64,000 nucleotides of DNA from Octopus sinensis (GCF_006345805.1 NC_043010.1:48360001-48424000); one strand, 5' to 3'; counted from the stretch's first letter, positions 24,150-38,404 are shown. Numbers and translations are program-made. Notes: a model not told the origin generated them from the sequence alone.

Positions 24150-24380
24150 AAATGAGCTATGTGACCTCGTGAGTACCACCGGCGATTTTTTTCCCTCTGT
24201 CTTCCCTTCTCGGGATCTTGCCTTCTCCTATGTTTCTGACGAAGAGCTCCGCTCAAAACATTAAACCCTCCTTCTTCCCTTCTTTCCTGAGCGTCCAATA
24301 ATACTTTATTTGTTCCACGTCCTTGTGTTGTTGTGTTTTTTTGTTTTTTTGTTTTCTTGTTTGGATTAACTTTGTATATA
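24150..24380 (+). mobile_element. Penelope-like pLTR fragment with a minimal hammerhead (core at 24232-24266, G12 mutated)
   Basis: GTTT-CTGACGA-A-GAGC tcc GCTC-aAAAC aTT-AAAC; same family as 40100-40290 (minus). Confidence 0.7.
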
Positions 24381-25549
24381 TATATATATATTGGTAATAA
24401 AAGGAAATTGAACTGAAAAGACTTACTAAATGAGCTTCATTTTGAGATGATTTTAGCCATATTAATCATTGTGTCTATCGAAAGATAGAGGTAGACAGAT
24501 TAATAGTTGTGAGGCAACCAATATCTGTCTCTGCAGAAATAGTTAAAATGCCTGCATTGTTTTTAAAGAAATAACTGCATTATTTACATGAAATTGCAAC
24601 ATTTTACTAAGAAATTACTATTGAATGTAGCAAAATAATTTTTATGGAAATTTTTCTTTTTAGAAGAGTTATTATTAATCTTGATATTGTTTTGAATTTA
24701 ATTTGAAAATTAGCAAACAGTTATTTTATTAATACTGTTAGGTTTTTGACTTGCAGTAACTTTGGATTGGATAATTCTCATGACATTTTTCTGCCATTAT
24801 TCCTGTTTAATAAGAAAATCTCATAGAACTTTCTGCAAAAATATATATTAAATGTTAACATAACTGATATATTTTTGTACAATTCTGAAATGAAAAATAT
24901 ACTTAATTTTCTATCAGCTTGAAATGAAAAATAAAGAGAAAAAAAAAAGGTTATATGTAGCAAAATATATAATCACAGATTCAACTTTAAATCAGAAATC
25001 AATGTTCTTTAGAATTTTGAATAGGTTTATTCTTGTGGGAATTTTGTTTTATCAAAGAACATGCATCTTAAAGAATAAATGTCAGATTTCAATATTGATT
25101 TCACGATTGGTTTATTTTAATACAGCTGAAATTAAAATGAGACTAGTTCACAGAGCTAATAATTTTAGATCTTAGATATATCACACTTGGAACTAAATTT
25201 GTTCTTCCACTAACTTTGCAAGTTGTTCTCAATATGTGCGTTGTATGATAAAAATCTGACAAATATTTTTTGAAAAGCTTCATGATTGAATTTATTTTAT
25301 TAATTCAATTATATTTTTAGTTTTACTGTTTTTCATCTTACAAGTAATTTTAGTTGAATGAAAATGGTTGAGTGAATGAAGTATTTGAATAAAGTGCTAG
25401 ATTAGCATTAGAATGAAGTATTAGATCAATATTTGACTAGTGTTAAACTAGTGTGTAGCATAGCCTTGGTGAAATTCTCTCTCTCTCTGTTATATACAAC
25501 AAATACGGACATAGCAGTTAACAGCTAACCGTTGGTCGCTTGGGCCCTG

Positions 25550-25837
25550 TTGTGTCCACTACTCTGATTGGTTGGTATTGGCGCAGTTTGTCTCTTGCTG
25601 TATTACACGCCAAAGTGCAACCAATCGCAGCCTTCTGATAAGGTCCTGTCACACAGTCTTCTAAATTCTCTACTGGAGCCTCCTAATCTCTATAAAAGCT
25701 AGATCAACAAACTGTATTGTGTCTTTGGTTCTAGTCCTTCTAAGGACTAACCGCTGACCACAGAGCACCCAGCGACAGACAGTCAGTTCCATGAGACAAA
25801 CTGCGCCAATACCAACAAATCAGAGTAGTGGACACAA
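25550..25837. repeat. Inverted repeat, 45-bp arms (25550-25594 / 25793-25837), 1 mismatch
   Basis: ttgtgtccactactctgattggttggtattggcgcagtttgtctc versus its reverse complement. Confidence 0.85.
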
Positions 25838-26794
25838 ACACACACACACACACACTGGCTTCTTTTAGTTTCTCTCTATCAAGTCCATTTACAGCCTGAA
25901 GTAATAGCTGAAAACACTTGCCCAAGGTGCCACACAATTGGACCGAACCCAGAACCATGTGGCTGGAAAGCAAACTTTTTACCACACAACCACACCTCCA
26001 TCTAATGTAGTACGAGCAACCGCCCACCTCCAATGGATGGTGCTGAGTTGTCAAACATTTAAACCAAATTTTATCAAAACAACTTGTCCGACCATCCCAT
26101 AGGCTCCCCCTTTGAGAAACATTGATTTAACCTAAATTTGAAACATCAGCAAAAGAAGAAATAAAGATAGACTTTTTTCTATTCCAAGAAAAACGATTTT
26201 ACAAATTCACGTTCCCATGGCTTTATCGATCACATTCTCACCTGGAATCGATTTTTGTAATTTTTTCAAGACTTATATATGCCCTGATACCATCGGTATC
26301 TCCATATCAAATTTGAGCGCAATTGGATCGAGGATGCCTGAGATCCTAGAAGACACACACACAGACAGACAGAATGGATTTTATGTAATAGATATATTTA
26401 TATACAATGCATTATAATTCAAACTACCTGGAACATGTACAAAGTAGATAACTTTACAGTGATTTATTTGAAAACCATTGCTGTGGAGATTGTGTCATGA
26501 AAGCATTCTATAGTTCTCACAAGTGAACATGAAAGATAATTGAGCATCTTCAAACAGATCTGTTTCAAATAAATTATTCATCACCAGAGAAGACGTACCA
26601 CTTTTCTTTGGCTACAAAGAGGACTTTTAACTTAAATTGCTATATATAGCAATAGCTTATCTGGACATAATAATAGCGATTTTGTTTAACATATAATACC
26701 ATATTCAACTGTGCAGTAAATTATATAATATATATATTTATATTGAACACACTGTAATTCAAAAACGCTTCTTCCTCCTTGATTGGTGTTTTCT

Positions 26795-27295
26795 TTATCG
26801 GCCCTGAAAGGATGAATGGCAAAGTCAGCCTCAGTGGAGTTTGAACTTAAAGTATAAAGATAGATAAAATACCACTCGGCATTTTGCCTGGCATGCTAAA
26901 GATCAAATTTTGGTACAAGGCCAGCACTTTAGGGAAAGTGGGTAAGTCAATTACGTTGACCGCAGTGCTGAACTAGTACTTATTTTATCAACCCTGAAAG
27001 GATGAACGGCAAAGTCAACCTTGGCAGAAGAAATACCACTAGGCATTTTGCCTGGCATGCTAACATTTCTTATTTCTTTATTGCCCACAAGGGGCTAAAC
27101 ATAGAGGGGACAAACAAGGACAGACAAAGGGAATAAGTCGATTACATCGACCCCAGTGCGTAACTAGTACTTAATTTATCGACCCCGAAAGGACGAAAGG
27201 CAAAGTCGAACTCAGTGGAATTTGAACTTAGAACGTACCGGCAGACGAAGTACCGCTAAGCATTTCGTCCAGCATGCTAATGATTCTGCCAGCTT
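26795..27295 (-). mobile_element. SINE B multimer / nested copies
   Basis: Repeated core segments; junction taacatttct|tatttctttattgccc at ~27061-27080. Confidence 0.75.
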
Positions 27296-27416
27296 ATCTT
27301 CTCAGAAGCTTTCTAATATTAACATTTATTTCACTTCTGATTCATGCTGTGTTATGCATGAAATAAAAGTTTAGTTTATCTGTAAAAAAACTGGACTAGA
27401 AGTGAAGACAAAAGCA

Positions 27417-27503
<87 letters not shown>

Positions 27504-27639
27504 CTAAAGCATTATGATTTTCACTTAACTTAGTTCTAATCAGTCTTTTTCATGCTGAAAATGTTACATTGTGTAGTATCAGAAGGTATACATTCTACAG
27601 ATAATCCAATGTTTTTATTAGGTATCTTTGATCTTTAAT

Positions 27640-27848
27640 CGTTAACTTGTTTCAGTCACGAGACTGCAGCCATGTTGTGTTCAGACACTGTCTTGAAAAA
27701 CTTTTTAATCAAATGAATCAATCCTAGTACTTTAAGCCTGGTACTTATTCTGTCAGTCTCTTTTGCCGAACCTCTAAGTTACAGAGATGTAAACAAACTA
27801 GCACCTGCTGTCAAACAGTGGTGGGGGGTACATCCTCAGGCACAAAGA

Positions 27849-27903
<55 letters not shown>

Positions 27904-28405
27904 ATCACACCACATATACAATGGGCTTCTTTCAGTTTCCATCTACCAAATCTATTCACAAGGCCATGAATGTGCCTGCTTCTTACTTATTTCTTTATTG
28001 CCCACAAGGGGCTAAACATAGAAGGGACAAACAAAGACAGACAAAGGGATTAAGTCGAATTACATCGACCCCAGTGCGTAACTGGTACATAATTTATCGA
28101 TCCCGAAAGGATGAAAGGCAAAGTTGACCTCGGCGGAATTTGAACTCAGAATGTAAAGGCAGATGAAATACCTATTTCTTTACTACCCACAAGAGGCTAA
28201 ACACAGAGGGGATGAACAAGGACAGACAAATAGATTAAGTCAATTAGATCGACCCCAGTGCGTAACTGGTACTTATTTAATCAACCCTGAAAGGATGAAC
28301 GATAAAGTCGACCTCGGCGGAATTTGAACTCAGAATGTAGTGGCAGACGAAATACCGCTAAGCATTTCGTCTGGCGTGCTAACGTTTCTGCCAGCTCGCC
28401 GCCTT
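27640..28405 (-). mobile_element. SINE A (27640-27975) followed by a SINE B dimer (27986-28405)
   Basis: Family matches as above. Confidence 0.78.
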
Positions 28406-28556
28406 TCGCCCAGCATGCTAGCCACATCTAATAAGTATGTCAATTTGATAAAAAGTATGTGACACTAATTATGCAGCATGCAACATAGCAAAGGAGTTAA
28501 TGAGTTCTGTATAAGATACTTAATTGGACTTTTTATCAAATAGTTTTCAGTTTTAG

Positions 28557-28624
<68 letters not shown>

Positions 28625-29199
28625 CAGAGAGAGAGAGGGGTGGAAGAGAGAGGTGGGAGAGAGAGGTGGGGGAGGTAGACAGACAGACACAGACACAGAC
28701 CAATGGGTGAAACTAACAACTGATTTCAATCTTGTAGAATCTCCTCTCTTGCTTTCCCTACCTAGATAACTACAATCTTGTAGACATCAAGTAATTCCTT
28801 TTTATCGAGTGGTTGTAAGATTGAAAATAAATTTATGAAAATATGGAAAATTAATCAGTTCTGTTTACAGGAAGATTAAAATTTGTTTTCTTATACTGAT
28901 ATTAATATTTTTTTCCCTTCTTTACTATATTGCTACATTTGAATTTTTATGTGCTGCAGTGAGTTAAATCATAGATAATTGAATTCCTAAGGAATTTTTT
29001 TTTTTATTTCTGTGAAATATTAACAGCTTATTGTGTATATATTGTGTATTTCTATTGATATGTAACTGAGTATATAGATATGTATTGTATATATATATCT
29101 GTATGTGTCTCATGGTTGTCCTAGCATACAGGCATGTCTCCCACATCTCTCTTGAGCTGAGCGATCCTAATCTTGTGGGCTTGTGGGTGCTGGTGCCAA

Positions 29200-29460
29200 G
29201 TAAAAAGCACCTGTGCCAGTGCCATGTAAAAGCACCTGTGCCAGTGCCATGTAAAAGCACCTGTGCTGGTGTCAAGTAAAAGCACCCAGTACACTCTGTA
29301 AAGCAGTTGGCACTAGGAAGGACATCCAGCCATAGAAACCACGCCAAAACAGACAAAGAGCCTGGTCAGTTCTAGTTGGTCAGCTCCCATCAAACTAGCT
29401 ATTTTCCAAGCATGGAAAATGAAATTTGAATGATGATGATGATGATAATGATGATGATGA
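29200..29460 (+). mobile_element. SINE family E with ~25-bp internal tandem repeats (gtgccagtgccatgtaaaagcacct)
   Basis: Repeats visible at 29200-29290; (ATG)n tail. Confidence 0.7.
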
Positions 29461-29546
29461 TATTTTATCAGGTTTTTTAAAAACCACATTCTTATTGAAA
29501 ATTATTGCATTAAAAATATCGAGAAATCTTCCTTTTTATTCTGCAG

Positions 29547-29768
29547 GTCCCTACTGTTTGTGATATCTGGAGTGTATTTATGGATTTTCCATCAAACCGA
29601 CTGGAACTTTGGGAAATGGCTGTGCCCCATTTTATCTACAACAAAACCATTCCTTTTTTTAATATATTTGTACCTTCAGTGGATACACTGAGGTATGGAT
29701 ATTTACTCGAGAAGTTATTGGATGTGGATCAATCAGTTCTCTATATTGGTAGCTCTGGTGTTGGGAAG
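29547..29768 (+). CDS. DNAH6: Dynein heavy chain exon (VPTVCDIWSVFMDF...VPSVDTLRYGYLL...AAA3 P-loop GSSGVGK)
   Basis: ctgcag|GTC acceptor, AAG|gtaagt donor, 74 codons. Confidence 0.95.
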
Positions 29769-32700
29769 GTAAGTACCTGAAATTATTTTCAATGTAAATT
29801 TGATATTTAATATTTCTATGTAATAGAGTAAGGAATTCACTGAGTTGGCAGGACATTGGACAAATGCTTATTGGTGTTTAGTTGCACCCTGTAACCTTCT
29901 GAGTTCTGTTATTGCCAAAATTCAGGAGCTTTCATCCTTTCAGTTGCTGTTTAGTCTAACCTAGTCCTGTTCCTACAAACTTATGATCAAAAGCATTCTT
30001 GTGACTATTCTGTTTTTTATTCAGACAGAGACTAAATACCCTTTTTTTATTTTTAAGATGGTAGGGCCTGATTTGAGGGATATTTATTTGCTATTTCTAT
30101 CAGGTCAAACAATATGTAGAGGCTCCCTTATTGGGTTTTTTTTTCTGATGTTGATAAAATAAACACCAGTCAAATATAGATTAATTTAATTAGTTTTTCC
30201 TTCTTCAAAATTTATTACCCTGTTTCCATATTAGAAATAATTACTGATTTTAAATTTTGGCACAAGGCCAGCAACTTTGGAGAAGGAGCTAAGTTGATTA
30301 CATCGACTCTAGTGCTCAACTGGTACTTATTTCATCGACCCCGAAAGGATGAAATACAAAGTTGATCTCAGAAGATTTGAACTCAGAACGTAAAGACAGA
30401 AGAAATACTGCAAAGCATTTTCCCCACTGTGCTAACAATTCTGCCAGCTTGTCACCTTCATATCAGAAATGATTATTTCCAAGTCAACGATTATCTTGGA
30501 TAACTTATTCCACACAATAAATGTTGGGTTTGATGTAAGTAACTCTCTCCATTTTTAACCCTTTAGCATTTAAACTGGCCATGTATGGCCAAATTATTCT
30601 GCCTGTTTTATGTCCCAACTGGCCAGATACTGGACGACCAGATACACCCACCTCTCTCTCTCTCTGTCTCTCTCTCACACATGTATCAATTCATTCTTTC
30701 GTACATCTTGGGACAGCTGCTTATGAAGTAGATTGCTTAATCACATGGCCATTTTATATTTTTGATATTTTATACAAAACACTTGTTAAATATTTCAGAT
30801 TGAAAGGTTTGAAATAAAGATGAAAATCTTTAGGATAAAATTATTACCATTTCTTTATGCCATTTTCTATTCAAATTAATGATATTAAATTTTGTTTGAA
30901 AAGCTGGCAAATTTTAGTAGTAGACAAAAAAAAAAATTAAAAAAAAGTTCAACAGAAAGAAAAAATCCCAAAGGTTTTCGGATGAAATGATGTAGCAAAC
31001 TTCACAGACCAAATTACAATTACAGGAAACTGATAAGAGAAAAATTATTTTTTCCTCTTAATCTATGCCAGAATTGAAAAATAGACACTGAACTGGTGAT
31101 AGGGATGAAAATATGTTCTTATAATAAAATGAGAGATAATATATTTAGAATCTTCACTGTTTTAGAAAGAGCGATTATATTGAAATTTTGAATAGTAGAT
31201 TTCATAGATGGTTATGAAGGAGGGAGTAAAGTTCAAATTTTGATCAATGTAATTATTAATATATTGGTAAAATTGATTTTCATAATCTGAAAACTGAGAT
31301 AATAACATATCTATTGAGAGAACTTATATTAAGCCAGTTTATCTGTAAATTAATAAGACTTGAAATATAATTGAAATGACAAATTATTGTTGATGAAGAG
31401 CAGTCTGTTTTCCATACAAGTAATTTATTCCAATATGGGTTACAATACAAGTAAGCTAGAGATATAGATAAGATAAAGTTTTAATATAAGAATCTATAAA
31501 ATAAATGCAGCCGTGTGTGAGGAAACCTTTACTTGCAGATAACATTTACAAATTGCTGATTTATCTTAAAGAACTGACTAATTAATTCAAGCTGTAACTC
31601 CCAAATTGGCTCTGTAATAAAAGACAGTGGAGCAATCAAGTATATATATTTATTAATAATAGATATATGTACAGATGTTTCTAAATTATAAATTCTCATG
31701 ACATAGATGACACACTTCTCATTGGTAAGGACAAAGCTTTTAAAATAGAAATTTGAAGGATTGCTTTGGTACAACGGTAGAATGTTTGTCATATTTACAG
31801 AAGGTATGGGTTTAAGTCTCAGAGGCAACCTTCGACTTTTCCTATCCAAGGGATTTTTTAACCCTGTGTTCATCATCATGGTCATCATCGTTTAACATCT
31901 GTTTTTCATGCTGGCATAGATTGGATGGTTTGACCAGTGCTGGTAAGGCCAAAGGCCGCACCAGGTTCCATTCTCTGTCCTGGCTTGGTTTCTGCAGCTG
32001 GATGTCCTTCCTAATGTCAACCACTCCACAGAGTGCACGGGTGCTTTTTATGTGGTACCACCACCCGTGCTTTTAATGTGGCACCAGTAAGAGTGCTTTG
32101 TATGTGGCACCTGCATCATTATTGATCCTGCTGTGATGGATGGGTCTTCTTTAGTACAGCAATGCACCAGATGTCTTGGTCCTTTGTCATCCCTTTCATA
32201 ACACAATGTCTTGAGACTGGCCTTCAATACTTTGACCCATGTCTTCCTAGGTCTTCCTCTTCCACAAATTCTGTCTACTTTAAAGTGATCAGAACTTCTG
32301 TAAGCAACTGTCTACATCCATACACATCACATGACCAAACCAGCACTTATGCACACTGTACAGAAGTTTCTAGATTCTCATGACATGGACAACGCACAAT
32401 TCTTTTTGGTAACAGCAAAGATTTTAAAAAAGACAGAGAAATTTGAAGGATTGCTTTGGTACAATGGTAGAATGTTTGCCATGTTTACAGAAGGTTTCAG
32501 TTCAAGTCCCACAAGCAGCTTTTGACTTTTCCCATCCAAAGGATTTTTTAACCAAGTAGTCATCGTATAATCATCATCACACAATGCCTGTTTTCCATGC
32601 TGGCATGGGTGGAATGGCTTAACAACAACAACAACAACACAACAACAACAACTGCAGCAACAGCAGCAAACAATTCAGATAGCAGAGGCAAGCAACTAAG

Positions 32701-33895
32701 CCGATGTTGCAAAGGATGTTCACAGCAATGGTAGGAATGACAGCAAGGATAACCAAACAGTAATAATATTGTAAACAAAATATAGGAATACAATGATTTA
32801 GTTGTTCCAGATGCTATTTAATCTTGTCACTAAATCAATTAACTTTGTACAGGTATAATATTGCCATATTCAATATGATATTCAGTATAGTTACAAAGGG
32901 CTTCATCACCTCTGGCTTTGTTTTTATTAAGTTTCACATAAGGCAACGGTGTTTGTTTGTCATTTCCTATATTTCCAGCATTATATTTGGATTTGATTAG
33001 TTACTTTCAGTTATATTTGATCAACTGTTATTTACTTACTGGACAATAGGTTTAAATTCTCTAAATCACATACAAGTCAGTTCTTTCTAATGCTTACTTA
33101 CTAAGGTGGGGTAGGACTTAGTTAAAAGTATTTGTGAAACACTCTTCTAGACACCTTTTCTTTCTTTGCCTTTTTTTCTTTCTCTCTCTTTCTCTCTCTT
33201 TCTCGCTCTCTCTTTTTTTTTTACATCAATTGTGAAGCTGATAATCATTATGATTATGATAAGGAGAGCGGATATGCTTAAAATGTAGTAAAACAGCATC
33301 AGTGTGTGATGATTTGAAACATGAAGCTGAAATTTGAATGAGCAAAAAAGACTTCTGAGGATTAAGGCTATCAAATGATGCTTGCGACAAAGAACATTAG
33401 AACTGTGTAAATATAGCTGAGCAAATGTTACAGGCTTACGGACGGCGTATATAGATATGGATGAAAGTAGGCAGTAAAGAACATCAATCTGGAATAAATA
33501 AATAGTGAGGAATAAAGTAAAATAGAAGCAGCTGTTATAGAATTGTTTTGACCACTTGGTTCTGTGTATAATTTTAGATTTGTAATTAGAGATTAGGTAG
33601 TTGCTATGCTCATTCCTTTTTTGAATGTTATAAAAGATATCAATCTGTGAATTTGTTTTTTTTTAGTGTGAACTTATGATCAAATTATAAACATTTGCTA
33701 TAAATGAGCATAAATATATTATGTATAAATAAGTGTGGTGGTGGTGGTTGGTTGTTGTTGTTGTTATTGGTGGTGGAAGAAGAAGAAGAAGAGTGGAAAT
33801 GAAAAGAAAAAATTATTGATACACTGACAATAAGACAATACAGTAAAATGAGGGTTAACAGAAGTTACAGCTCTTTTTTGTCTTAAATATTTCAG

Positions 33896-34043
33896 TCAAT
33901 GATTGCTAACCGACAGATAACTCAATTGGCAGATACTAAAAGTTATGTTCCTGTGTTCATCAATTTCTCAGCACAAACTAGCAGCAAGCAGACACAAGAC
34001 ATCATAGAATCAAAACTGGAAAAAAGACGAAAAAATGTTATTG
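33896..34043 (+). CDS. DNAH6: Dynein heavy chain exon (SMIANRQ...[29 protein letters not shown]); absent from the ORF track
   Basis: Translated by hand; tttcag|TCA acceptor, G|gtaatg donor (phase 1); NFSAQTSS motif. Confidence 0.95.
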
Positions 34044-35358
34044 GTAATGCCTGTGATTTTTTATCTCTTTTTTACTAACCAGTTACTTTGTCCATCTTAC
34101 CAAAAGTGACAGTCTGTTCTTTTTTTCTGAGAATCATCTTGAAAACTTCTACCTTAATTTAACCTCACAATTTTTTATTTATTTAAGGAACCTTCAAATA
34201 TGTCTAATCCATTATACTTCAGATTTGATATGGCTTCTACAAATTATGAGCAATGTCCTCCCTGATCTTTTTTTTTTTTACCAAGCATATATTAAAACAA
34301 GCAATAAAATGAATATCAAAACAAATGATATAGTTATAAATAATGTAAACAAGGTGATGTACCCTGTTGACCAAATAATATTTGACAGGCTTAGCACAAT
34401 TAATTTGAAACTGAGGAACAGGGAAGAAGATACATAAAATATACATATATAATTTTTTTGCCTACTCATTATGAAAATCTCAAAATTACTAGTCTTAAGT
34501 AATTATGTATAGCACCATTTCATTCTTATTAGAAATTGCCAGCAAGACATAATCTGAGGCAAATAAATTAAATTAAATTAAATTGAATATTACAGAAGGA
34601 AAATAATTACAGTTGATATTTCTAACAATGAGATTTGTATAATTTCAATCATTAATTCATTATTGACAACAAATTTTAATATATGTTTTGTTAAAAATGT
34701 TTCACTTAACTGATATAGAATCAAAGATTAAATGTCTATATTTTATGTTTAATTTTCCATGATCAGCTGTAAACTTGAACCTGTGATTAACTACATTAAC
34801 TTTGGAGAATGGAAAACTGAAGTATATTTGATGAATATGTTCTTTATTAGGGTTTCAATATTGTAAGAGATGTGAGGTGTCTTCTACAGGAATTAAAATA
34901 CAAGTCAACCCTAATCTGACAGATTTGTGATTAAAGGCATTCCAGCCATGGCCGTTCTGTCCTTTTGTATATTTGTAACTACATTGCATCTTCTCCTTCT
35001 TTTTCCAGATGATAGGTTATGATTTGATGGGAATTTGACTGTTGATTCTCACAGGTCTAGTAACCCTGTAAAGATCCCCTTGCTAGTTTCGTTGTGGGAA
35101 CAGCCTGTGTAAAATACTTATTCCTCCTTTGTTCTTCAAGTTTTCTTATAGATACAGATAATATCTTCCACCTCTCTTACCATTCTACCACAAGGTCGTT
35201 CTTGTGGTGTGGTGGCTTGTGTCCCTCATTAACTCTGAGAACTTTGTCTGTTGAGTGCAAGATACTGGTAGACCCTTCCATGCTGGTGAGGTCAAAAGAT
35301 AAAATCCAGACTAATATGGGCCACTTCTTCCCTGAGGTAAAATTGGGTTTGTGTAGAG

Positions 35359-35704
35359 CAGTGATTTTCAACCATTTTTTTTTACCTATGAACCCATTTG
35401 ATTACTATTCTATTCTAGTGGACACCCATAGCCATTCGACGTTTAAAAACTAGTTTTATAGATACTTCTTTCAAAATTCCTATTTTGCTTTTCACACATT
35501 CACTTGTGTAGACTGAACTATCCCAAACATTTGAGAAAGAAACCAAGTTGTTTCTTGCAATAAATACATCTGAAGCAAAATTTTCCCATAGACCCTTAAA
35601 ATACTACTGTGGATTCCCAATTTAATATTTTGCTTTTGGGGACCCCCCCCCCAAGTCTTACATGAACCCCAGGGTGTTATATGAAGTCTGGTTGAGAATC
35701 GCTG
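35359..35704. mobile_element. hAT-superfamily MITE
   Basis: TIR cagtgattttcaacc / ggttgagaatcgctg; perfect 8-bp TSD gtgtagag (35351-58, 35705-12). Confidence 0.85.
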
Positions 35705-35734
35705 GTGTAGAGTTAATACCCCTGTGCAGAAAAA

Positions 35735-35908
35735 AGTAAAGTTTGTGTGGTAAGAAGATTGCTTCCCGACCACATGGTTCTGGGTTCAGTTCCACTGCAT
35801 GGCAACTTGGTTAATTGTCTTCTTCTCTAGCCTCAGGCTGATTAAAGCCTTGTGAGTGGATTTGGAAGACAGAAACTGAAAGAAGCCTGTTGTATATGTG
35901 TGTGTGTG

Positions 35909-35962
<54 letters not shown>

Positions 35963-35974
35963 GCATACATATAC

Positions 35975-36017
<43 letters not shown>

Positions 36018-36215
36018 TCCCCCATTATTACTTGACAACCGATGTTGCTGTGTTTATGTTCCTGTTAACATTAGTGGTTTGGCAAAAGAGACTGATAGAA
36101 TAAGTACTAGGCTTACAAAGAATGAGTCCTGGGGTTGATTTGTTCGACTAAAGGCGCTGCTCCAGCATGGCTGCAGTCAGACGACTGAAACAAGTAAAAG
36201 AATAAAATAATAAAA
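35735..36215 (+). mobile_element. SINE family A with expanded internal microsatellite
   Basis: Both halves match 3719-4117. Confidence 0.8.
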
Positions 36216-37806
36216 GATTTAGAGAAGCATCAATGACAATTCAAAACCAAGAAGACTTTGGAGAGAAAGATCTTTAGGGATATCCTAGAGTTGGGAGCAG
36301 TGGAGAAAAGTCAGTAATGGGCTATGCTCCCTAGAGAGCAAAGGGCTTAAATGTGTAAGTAAATAAATAAGTAAGTTATGTTGCTTAATCCTAATCTCTG
36401 CTTTAGTATTATGTTTCTTTATTAGCCACACAGGGCTGAACACCTGTTTTAGTATTAAATTTGTGGTAACATAGGCTTGGGAACATGGGGTTTAGTGGGT
36501 GCAAGTGCATCCTCTAAAATTTTTTGGAGAAAATGAAAATTCTTGGAACATCCTCTTGTAAAATTTCATCACCAAAACGAATGAGCATAGAAATATTTTT
36601 GGACTGATTTGAAACATTACTTTTCCATTATTAGATTTATCTGATTTGCTTGAGGTACAAATGTAATAATGGTGTCAAATTTTGGTACAAGGTCAGAATG
36701 TTTAGAGGAGGGAGGGCAAGTTGATCACATCATTCTAAATACTCAACTTGTACATATTTCATTGATCCCGAAAAGATGAAGGGCAAAGTCAACCATAGCA
36801 GAATTTGAACCCAGAACATAAAGAAGGATGAAATGCTGCTAAGCATTTTCCCCAGCATTCTAACAATACTGCCAGCTCACCACTTTAATGAACAAATACC
36901 CAGTACACTCTGTAAATTGGTCAGCATTAGGAAGGGCATCCAGTCATGGAAAACAAGAGAAAACAGATTATAAGCCATCCAACCCATGCCACCATGGAAA
37001 GGAGATGTTAAATGTTGATGATGATGATGATGATTGTACCTATCTTTGGTTTGTTACTGAGATTGAAAAAAATCAACTTTGTAAAAAAAAATTGGACCTA
37101 TAATTTGGACCAAAATGAAATTTTGAACCCCTAAGCTAATTTTATTCCCACGCTTATAAGTAGTAAGATAGGTAAATGGGTAAAGCATTGAACTTCTTCA
37201 CTTTGAATCAAGATTTCAAATCAGTCACTGGTGTTGTGTATCTGGTCAGAATATATTCAGCATCAATTAATATACTTTTTGGGGGAAGTTATGAATAATT
37301 TTGGAATGTTACTCATGTTAGACTGGTTTGATTTCTTATCTGCTTCTTATGAAATTTTGAAGAAAATGTCAACTACCCAGACCTCCAAATCTGTATAGAA
37401 CTCAAGTTTTATTTTATTTTTTCAGAATTGTTAGCATGCTGGGCATTTCACCTGTCTTTACATTCTGAGTTCAAATTCTAGTGAGGTTAAATTTTCCTTT
37501 CATCCTTTTGGGTCAAGAAAATAAGTTACAGTTGAGCCCTAAGGTCGATGTAATTGGCTTATCACCCCCTTAATATTGCTGACCTTGTGTCAAACTTTAA
37601 AATCAATATTTAAATTAAGTTTCTGAGTTCAAATTTCACTGTGGTCAACATTGCCTTTCATCATTTTGGGGTCGATAAAATAAGTACCAGTTGGACACTG
37701 GGGTCAATGTAATTGACTTACGCACTACCCTGAACTTACTGGTCTTGTGCCAAAATTTGAAACCAATATATACATATATTAAATTTCTGTTGTTTTTCAT
37801 TTATAG

Positions 37807-37964
37807 GTGCTCCAAAAGAGAAGCGTGTGATTATTTTTATTGATGATATTAACATGCCTAAACTGGATACTTATGGTTCTCAACCACCTATTGAACTTCT
37901 GAGGCAATATCAAGATTTTAAGGGATTTTATGAACGAAACAAATTCACTTGGCTTGATATAGAG
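37807..37964 (+). CDS. DNAH6: Dynein heavy chain exon (AAA3 Walker B: GAPKEKRVIIFIDDINMPKLDTYGSQPPIELLRQYQDF...)
   Basis: tttatag|GT acceptor, GAG|gtaatc donor. Confidence 0.95.
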
Positions 37965-38135
37965 GTAATCTTAAAGAAATATCTTCTGAAGAAATTACTC
38001 TTGTTTTGAATTTTGAGAATCTATTATCTTTTTAAACTTTAGCAGAGAATGTTGTTGGATACACAAAGAACCCCCCACACACACACACACTAAATCAAAT
38101 AGAGAGATTCAATTGACAATCTAACAGTTTATTTA

Positions 38136-38360
38136 TTGGGTTGTCCGGAAAGTTCGTGCCGATTTTTAAAGGAAAGCAAAAGGTCAATAAATACTTGCCA
38201 TTACATTTTTAATCAACGAAATATGAACCATTTTGTTGCACAATGCATCTCCATCTTTCCTTTAACCTGAAAATACCCTCTTTCTAGAATTGAGGTACCT
38301 GGGAGGGTAAGTTGAAAGGTAAGCTACTATAAATCAGCATGAACTTTTCGGACAACCCAA
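38136..38360. mobile_element. Mariner-derived MITE (same TIR family as 52612-53229)
   Basis: ta|ttgggttgtccggaaagttcgtgccgattt ... aaatcagcatgaacttttcggacaacccaa|ta; TA TSD. Confidence 0.85.
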
Positions 38361-38404
38361 TATATTGTAATATAACATAATATACTATGAATATAATATA
38401 ATAT

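Noticed and set aside
29200-29290. Short regularly spaced direct repeats, superficially CRISPR-like (also 54030-54185, 59595-59810)
   Set aside because: These are tandem units inside SINE E with no unique spacers, in eukaryotic intron context with no cas genes.
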